A stretch of DNA of 64,000 nt from contig OZ237737.1 of the NCBI GenBank assembly GCA_965178125.1, positions 62,001 to 126,000 of the forward strand. The letters are read 5' to 3'. The notes beneath the pieces were generated by a model, which was not told the DNA's origin, did not search any database, and was given only the letters and a program-made list of their open reading frames with translations. The stretch's first letter is position 1; each line of letters opens with the position of its first letter. Shown one piece after another: positions 58,801-64,000 of this stretch. Both the position numbers and the translations under genes were made by a program. This stretch comes from Bilabrum cf. latius (Eukaryota).

Positions 58801-61800
58801 TGAGCTACCCAGCATCACTACAAACCATCGAAGCAGGCGCCTTCCCGATGCCGTCTGCCTTGGAGACCGTCGATCTGTCCGGCACGAACGTGAGCGTGCT
58901 GCAGACGGACGCTCTCCGTGGCTTGGATGGCCTCACGGGTATGGACGTTCCCCGGGTACTTCAGGAGATCGAGCCACGGGCGTTTCCGAATGCGTCCGGC
59001 CTGTCAGCTCTGGATCTCAGCCAGACCAACCTGTCAGTCCTGCAAGCCAGTGCTCTCCAAGGCCTAGATTCGCTTGCGCAAGTGGACTTGCCTGCCTCGC
59101 TGAACACCATCCAAGCCAACGCATTCCACATGCCGTCCAACTCAATTACTTCGCTAGATCTCTCATCGACCGCTATCACAGAGCTCGGCAGCGGGGCGCT
59201 GGACGGGCTGTCAGGCATGACGAGCCTGACGATGCCCTCCTCGCTCAGGCACCTGCGACGAGGAGCACTGAGAGGATGCACCGATGGCGGTTTCATTGCT
59301 CTGGACTTGTCCGGTACCCAGCTGCAGACCCTTGAAGAAGGATCGACGGTCGGGGCGCAGCATTTGGAAACCATTCTGCTGCCACCGTCGCTGCACGAGA
59401 TCCAAGCAGGTGCGTTGGCAGGGTCACCGAGTCTGTAGACAATCAGTGGACTCCAGGATTCTGGGCTGGAGGTGCTCGTCACGGATGCACTGGCCGGTCT
59501 GCACAACCTGCAACAGCTGAGCTACCCAGCATCACTACAAACCATCGAAGCAGGCGCCTTCCCGATGCCGTCTGCCTTGGAGACCGTCGATCTGTCCGGC
59601 ACGAACGTGAGCGTGCTGCAGACAGACGCTCTCCGTGGCTTGGATGGCCTCACGGACATGGACGTTCCTCGGGTACTTCAGGAGATCGAGCCACGGGCGT
59701 TTCCGAATGCGTCCGGCCTGTCAGCTCTGGATCTCAGCCATACATACATCCGGGATCTCTCAGCAGGCTCGCTGCATGGGCTATCTGGCCTTGGTCTTGG
59801 AGAAGTCATCCCACAGTGCAGTGGATGCCTTAAGCTACCAATGACGCTTGAGCGGATCCATGCCGAGTCATTTCCGAGGCAAGCCACGGGTGTCACGGAG
59901 CTCGACCTGTCCCTTACCAAGGTGACCGAGCTTGTGCAGGGTGCCCTTGACGGGCTCAAGAGCCTTACTGACCTCTCGCTGCCCACCGAGCTATCCCACC
60001 TGCGAGGTGGCGCCCTTCGCGACTGCAGGCGCTTGAATCCCCTCAACTTGTCCCATACGAGGATATAGGAGCTCGAGCCGCGTGCCATGCAGGGGCAGAA
60101 CGTCAAGACGTGCACCTACCCAAAGGGGCTTATTTCCATCGCTCCTGGTGCGTTCATCGGCGCAGTCTCGTAGGATTCCGTGTCTCTTGCATTTACTAGC
60201 TTAAAGCGACTACAGGCAGGCGCGTTTGATGGATTGCGGGGCATCAAGAAGCTGGACCTGCCGGCCAGTCTCAACTCCATAGAGAGGGGCGCCTTCCGCG
60301 GTATGGACCAGCTCTACTCGGAGGAAGCACCAGCAGGAGTAGCGAGATGGTCGCACTTAGGAGTAAAAGCGCTCGTGACGGGGGCACTGGAGGGTCTTGA
60401 TGGGATGCGCACGTTACGGCTGCCGACTGTGCTGGAGACGATTGAGACGAATGCATTCGCGAATGCGACGAGCATTGAGTCCGTGGACCTCGAAAAGACT
60501 CAGATCGAGGTGCTGGCGAAAGGTGCGCTGCGTGGACTGGACTCTGTGTCCTCGATTCAGGTCCCTGACACCCTGCGTGTCATTGATGGGGGCAGTTTGG
60601 AAGGGTTAAGTAAAATTGCAAGCCTCGACATGTCCTCTACGGGCGTTCAAGTGCTAGCTGAGGGAGCGCTTGACGGGCTTGGTGCTCTCGAGACGCTCAC
60701 ATTTCCGATGGGGCTGCGAGAGATCCAGGGCGGGGCATTCCGGCAGGCAAAGAGAGTGCAAACGGTTGACCTCCGAAACACTCGGCTAGAGATTCTCCGA
60801 AGCGGGGCTCTTGACGGGGCGAGCGCCGTGGCCACTTTGAATCTTCCGGGCACGCTGCGAGAGGTGGAGGGCGGCTGCTTCGGGACTGGCCTCGTCTAGA
60901 CGGTAGACTTGCTGGAGACGTAGATATCAACCTTGCCCACGGGGGCATTCGAAGGGGTGCAAGAGCTCACCAGCGTCACGGTTCCGAGGCGTCTAACCTC
61001 TATTGAGCCTGATGCGTTTCGCGGCTGCGAACAGGTCACATAGCTGGACCTTCGCCCGGCCTCTCGGCTGGAATCTCTCGAACCAGGCGCACTGCGCGGA
61101 TTGACCGGTCTGATATCGCTCCAGGTACCACCTTCACTGGCCCACATCCAACCTGGGTCGCTTCCTGCAGCACCCGGCGTGCGATCTATAGACCTACGGG
61201 ACACAAATGTCACGTAGCTTCGGCAAGGTGCTCTGCAGGGCCTGACCGGATTGACCGACAGCGGTCCTGGTGCACCCCCGTCACTGGGCCTCCCGCGTGT
61301 CCTGGCATCATTGGACGCAGGGGCGCTGGGGCACATGCCGAAGCTGGAACTGCTGGATTTGTCGACCACCAGGCTCCAATCGCTTCAAACGGGCGGGCTT
61401 GCAGGTATCCCATCTGTAGCAGAGGTTAGGGTTCCGGATGGGATAAATACAATCGAGGCTGGAGCTTTTGAGGGCTGCGATGGCCTGGAAGACTTGAACC
61501 TGCATTCGACAGCAGTGAGCACTCTGGTTACCGGGGCGTTTGACGGACTGGCAAGCAGTGCTCGGCGAGTGGTGTTGCCGGATGCGCTCGACACAATAGA
61601 GGCAGGCGCATTCAGGCATCTGCATCGGCAGGAGCGCATGGACTTGTCGAGCACGCGTGTGGAGCGTCTGGTCAAAGGTGCCTTGCTTGGGCTGAAGAAC
61701 AGCACCGAGCTCTTGCTTCCTGCTAGTCTTGCGACTATAGAGGCAGGTGCACTCAACGACAGCGGGCGCACAGAGACCCTAGACCTCTCCGAGACTCAGG

Positions 61801-64000
61801 TGACATCGCTGGCACCCGGATCGTTGGGGGGTGCTGTTGTCGGGCTTAACGGCAGAGGTAAACTATTGCTGCCATCTGCTGTGACACGTTTGTAGTCAGG
61901 TGTGTTTGAGACGTTCTAGCCTGACGACTACTTCGAGATTGAAGCCCCCGGTTTGGAGGAGCTCGAGCTTGGCTGCTTTGAAGGAATGGTCACAACTTCC
62001 TCGTTCTCTCTCCGACTGGAAACACCGGTCCTGGGCTCCATCCCTGCCCGTGTCTTTGCCGCTCTGGGCGGCATGCGAGACCTATCGATACGGGCTGCTG
62101 CAGGCGCATCCTTCGGCCGCCTAGACCAGCCGTGCAGCGCGTTTGAAGGACTATCGGGCCTGCGAGAGCTCGGCGTCGATGCACCAGGGGCCGCTAACGT
62201 GTTCGGCGCACAGCAACGCCTGACTGAAGACGGCTTCAAAAGCTGCTCCTTTGGCCCCACGCTACGCCAGCTTGCCTTGAACGGCCTTGATCTTTCCCGA
62301 TCCATCTGGAGCCGCGGGACATTTGCAGCGCTGCCCAGCCTGCACCGCCTGGCCGTGACTGGCTCCTCTGGACAGCGATCCTTCTCCATTGGCGGCGATG
62401 TCCTCACGCCACTTTCACTGCTCGAAGAGCTTGACGTTTCGCGGAGCGGGCTGTAGATGCTGCCGGTACTCACTCGCTCAGCGGGTGGCGTGCTTCGGTC
62501 CATCAACGTGCAGGGCAACCCGCTAGACGTCGTGGTGGACAACCCATTCGCCAACATGTTTCAGCTCATGGACGTGCTCACAGATCCTGGTAAGCAGTGC
62601 AACCAAGGAACTGTTAAGCAGCCAGTGACTGTTCTGAACGGGGACGACCCTGCCATGTGCGTCATGTGTCCGGCAGGCCATTACTGCGCGGATGGCATTG
62701 TCCGCACCGAGTGCCCGCTGGGGAGCTTCAACCCGACTCGCATGGCTCCCAACGCGACTGCATGTCAAGATTGCCCTGTTGGCAGCGTGACTACATTTAC
62801 AGCGGCCGTGTCCAGCGACCAGTGTGTGGCAGTGCCGCTCAGGTGCAACCCGGGCACTGCCGGCCAGGACTGTGAACCATGCGGACCTGGCACGTACTCG
62901 CTAGGAGGAGACATTAAGGAATGCCTGGTGTGCCAAGCAGGGACAGTGTCACAGCGAGAGTACCTGTCGCTCGGATGCGACGAGTGTCCTCAGGGCACGT
63001 ATGGATCCAGGGCGAGGCAAGCTCTGGTCAGCAGCTGCATGCAGTGCGGAGATGGGCTTCGGTCGGACAGCGGGGCCACAGCGTGCTCTGGGTGCCCAGC
63101 GGGACAGCTCCTCGACTCCAGCTCGGGGCAATGTATCTTGCAGGCTGACGAGCCCAGGTGTGGAGCGGATGGCATGGCCTGTCTGCCAGGCGTGCCAGAG
63201 CCGGTCGTGGCCCCAGCCGTCGTGCGCTAGCTCGTAGCGGAGCTGCCGCTGCCCTCGTTCGTGCAGGCGGGGTTCGATTCAAGCAGCTCTAACGCCCTCT
63301 TTGGTGGATTTGAGGAGCCTGTCCCCGCTGACGCAGCGGTGGGCCCGCAGGGCGACGAGTCGCTTGCTCGAATTCTGAGACGCGCATCAGAGCGGATGGA
63401 CTATCAAGACAGCGCAGCAGCTCGAGAGGCTGGCTACGGTACACCAGTAGAGCAACCGAGCCATCCAATGCGCATTGGACGGGACTCTCAGCCGTCAATT
63501 TCCTCTAGTAGGAGGCAGTTGCAGGACAACGGCGAGTCTGGCGGCGATATAGATGCCGGCAAGGACGAGAAGAGCGATACGGCTGCTGCTGAGCAGATAG
63601 CCTGGGTTGTGAGCACTTGTTTCATTGGAGCTCTGGCGCTGATTCTACTGATACCACCTGCCCGTGCCCCGATGCACAGCTTCCTCAAGCTGATCGATTC
63701 GATGTCAATGGACCATTCCCCAGAGCAATTTGCAGCCATGAGGAGAATTAGCACGCCCACGGGTGGGTGGTTTACTGTGGCTGCCATCCTTGTGGCCTTG
63801 GCTTCGTCGGCTAACCTGGTTCTGTAGTATGCGTACAGCAACAGTATCAGCAACGCGGGACTGCAAGTTGCTGCCACCGGTGTAGAGGGAGCCGACAGGG
63901 CGGCAGCAGCACGCTCCAGCATGGTGCTGGACCTGGTGCTGCAGCCGGCATCGTTCGTGAGGTGTGATGATAGCGTTTCGCTGCAAGTGTCTTCTGGGAG
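55815..64000 (+). CDS. Large membrane protein with signal peptide, RCC1/BLIP-like repeats, a long BspA-type LRR array, Cys-rich (GCC2/TNFR-like) repeats and TM segments; 3' partial
   Basis: MLAATLVSTILVLVLDTRA; CGI...HCFG repeats; LPxSLxTIExGAF and LDLSxTxxxxL units; CPAGHYC, CPLGSFN and CPQGTYG; TMs near 63600 and 63770. Nineteen in-frame TAGs; open at the window end. Confidence 0.82.
58257..59739 (+). repeat. Near-identical 717-bp (239-codon) tandem duplication within the LRR gene: two full copies and the start of a third
   Basis: ccacgggcgtttccgaatgcg recurs at 58257, 58974 and 59691, and the copies differ by only scattered substitutions. Confidence 0.93.

Noticed and set aside
1-64000. 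TAGs as pseudogenisation, C-to-T hypermutation or sequencing error
   Set aside because: These processes would also create TAA, TGA and frameshifts. None are seen in more than 50 kb of coding sequence, and catalytic motifs are intact in the enzymes other than the PI3K-like protein.
1-64000. Ciliate-type code 6 (TAA and TAG = Gln), pyrrolysine, or A-to-I editing of UAG to Trp
   Set aside because: No in-frame TAA was found and two genes end at TAA. TAG contexts match Gln or Glu positions, not Trp. Pyrrolysine is not known from eukaryotes. U-to-C mRNA editing cannot be excluded from DNA alone but is less parsimonious.

Overview
Gene-dense, GC-rich eukaryotic nuclear DNA with few introns. The gene content and protein style suggest a heterotrophic protist, possibly a stramenopile (inference only). 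The main signal is a variant genetic code. About 100 in-frame TAG codons (manual count) interrupt 15 of the 16 genes I could model. Reading frames continue through every TAG and end only at TGA (12 genes) or TAA (2 genes); the other two genes run off the window edges. I found no in-frame TAA or TGA inside any gene. Aligned repeat units and conserved motifs mostly place Gln at the TAG positions, so UAG appears to encode Gln while UAA remains a stop (NCBI table 15-like). With TAG read as Gln, the fragmented ORF track resolves into: a PLAA/Doa1 WD40 gene (partial), an arylsulfatase, an acylphosphatase-like protein, a ricin-GH30 hydrolase, Cwc15, an SLC25A51-like carrier, two hypothetical proteins, a PUS1/TruA synthase, a ~2,670-aa cNMP/GAF/PI3K-like pseudokinase, a Kv channel, an ABCB half transporter, an ADCK1-like kinase, a trefoil-GH31 glucosidase, a ~5,800-aa PKD-like repeat membrane protein, and an RCC1-like/LRR/Cys-rich membrane protein (partial). 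All nine modelled introns are GTGAG...GCAG, and one is only 22 nt.
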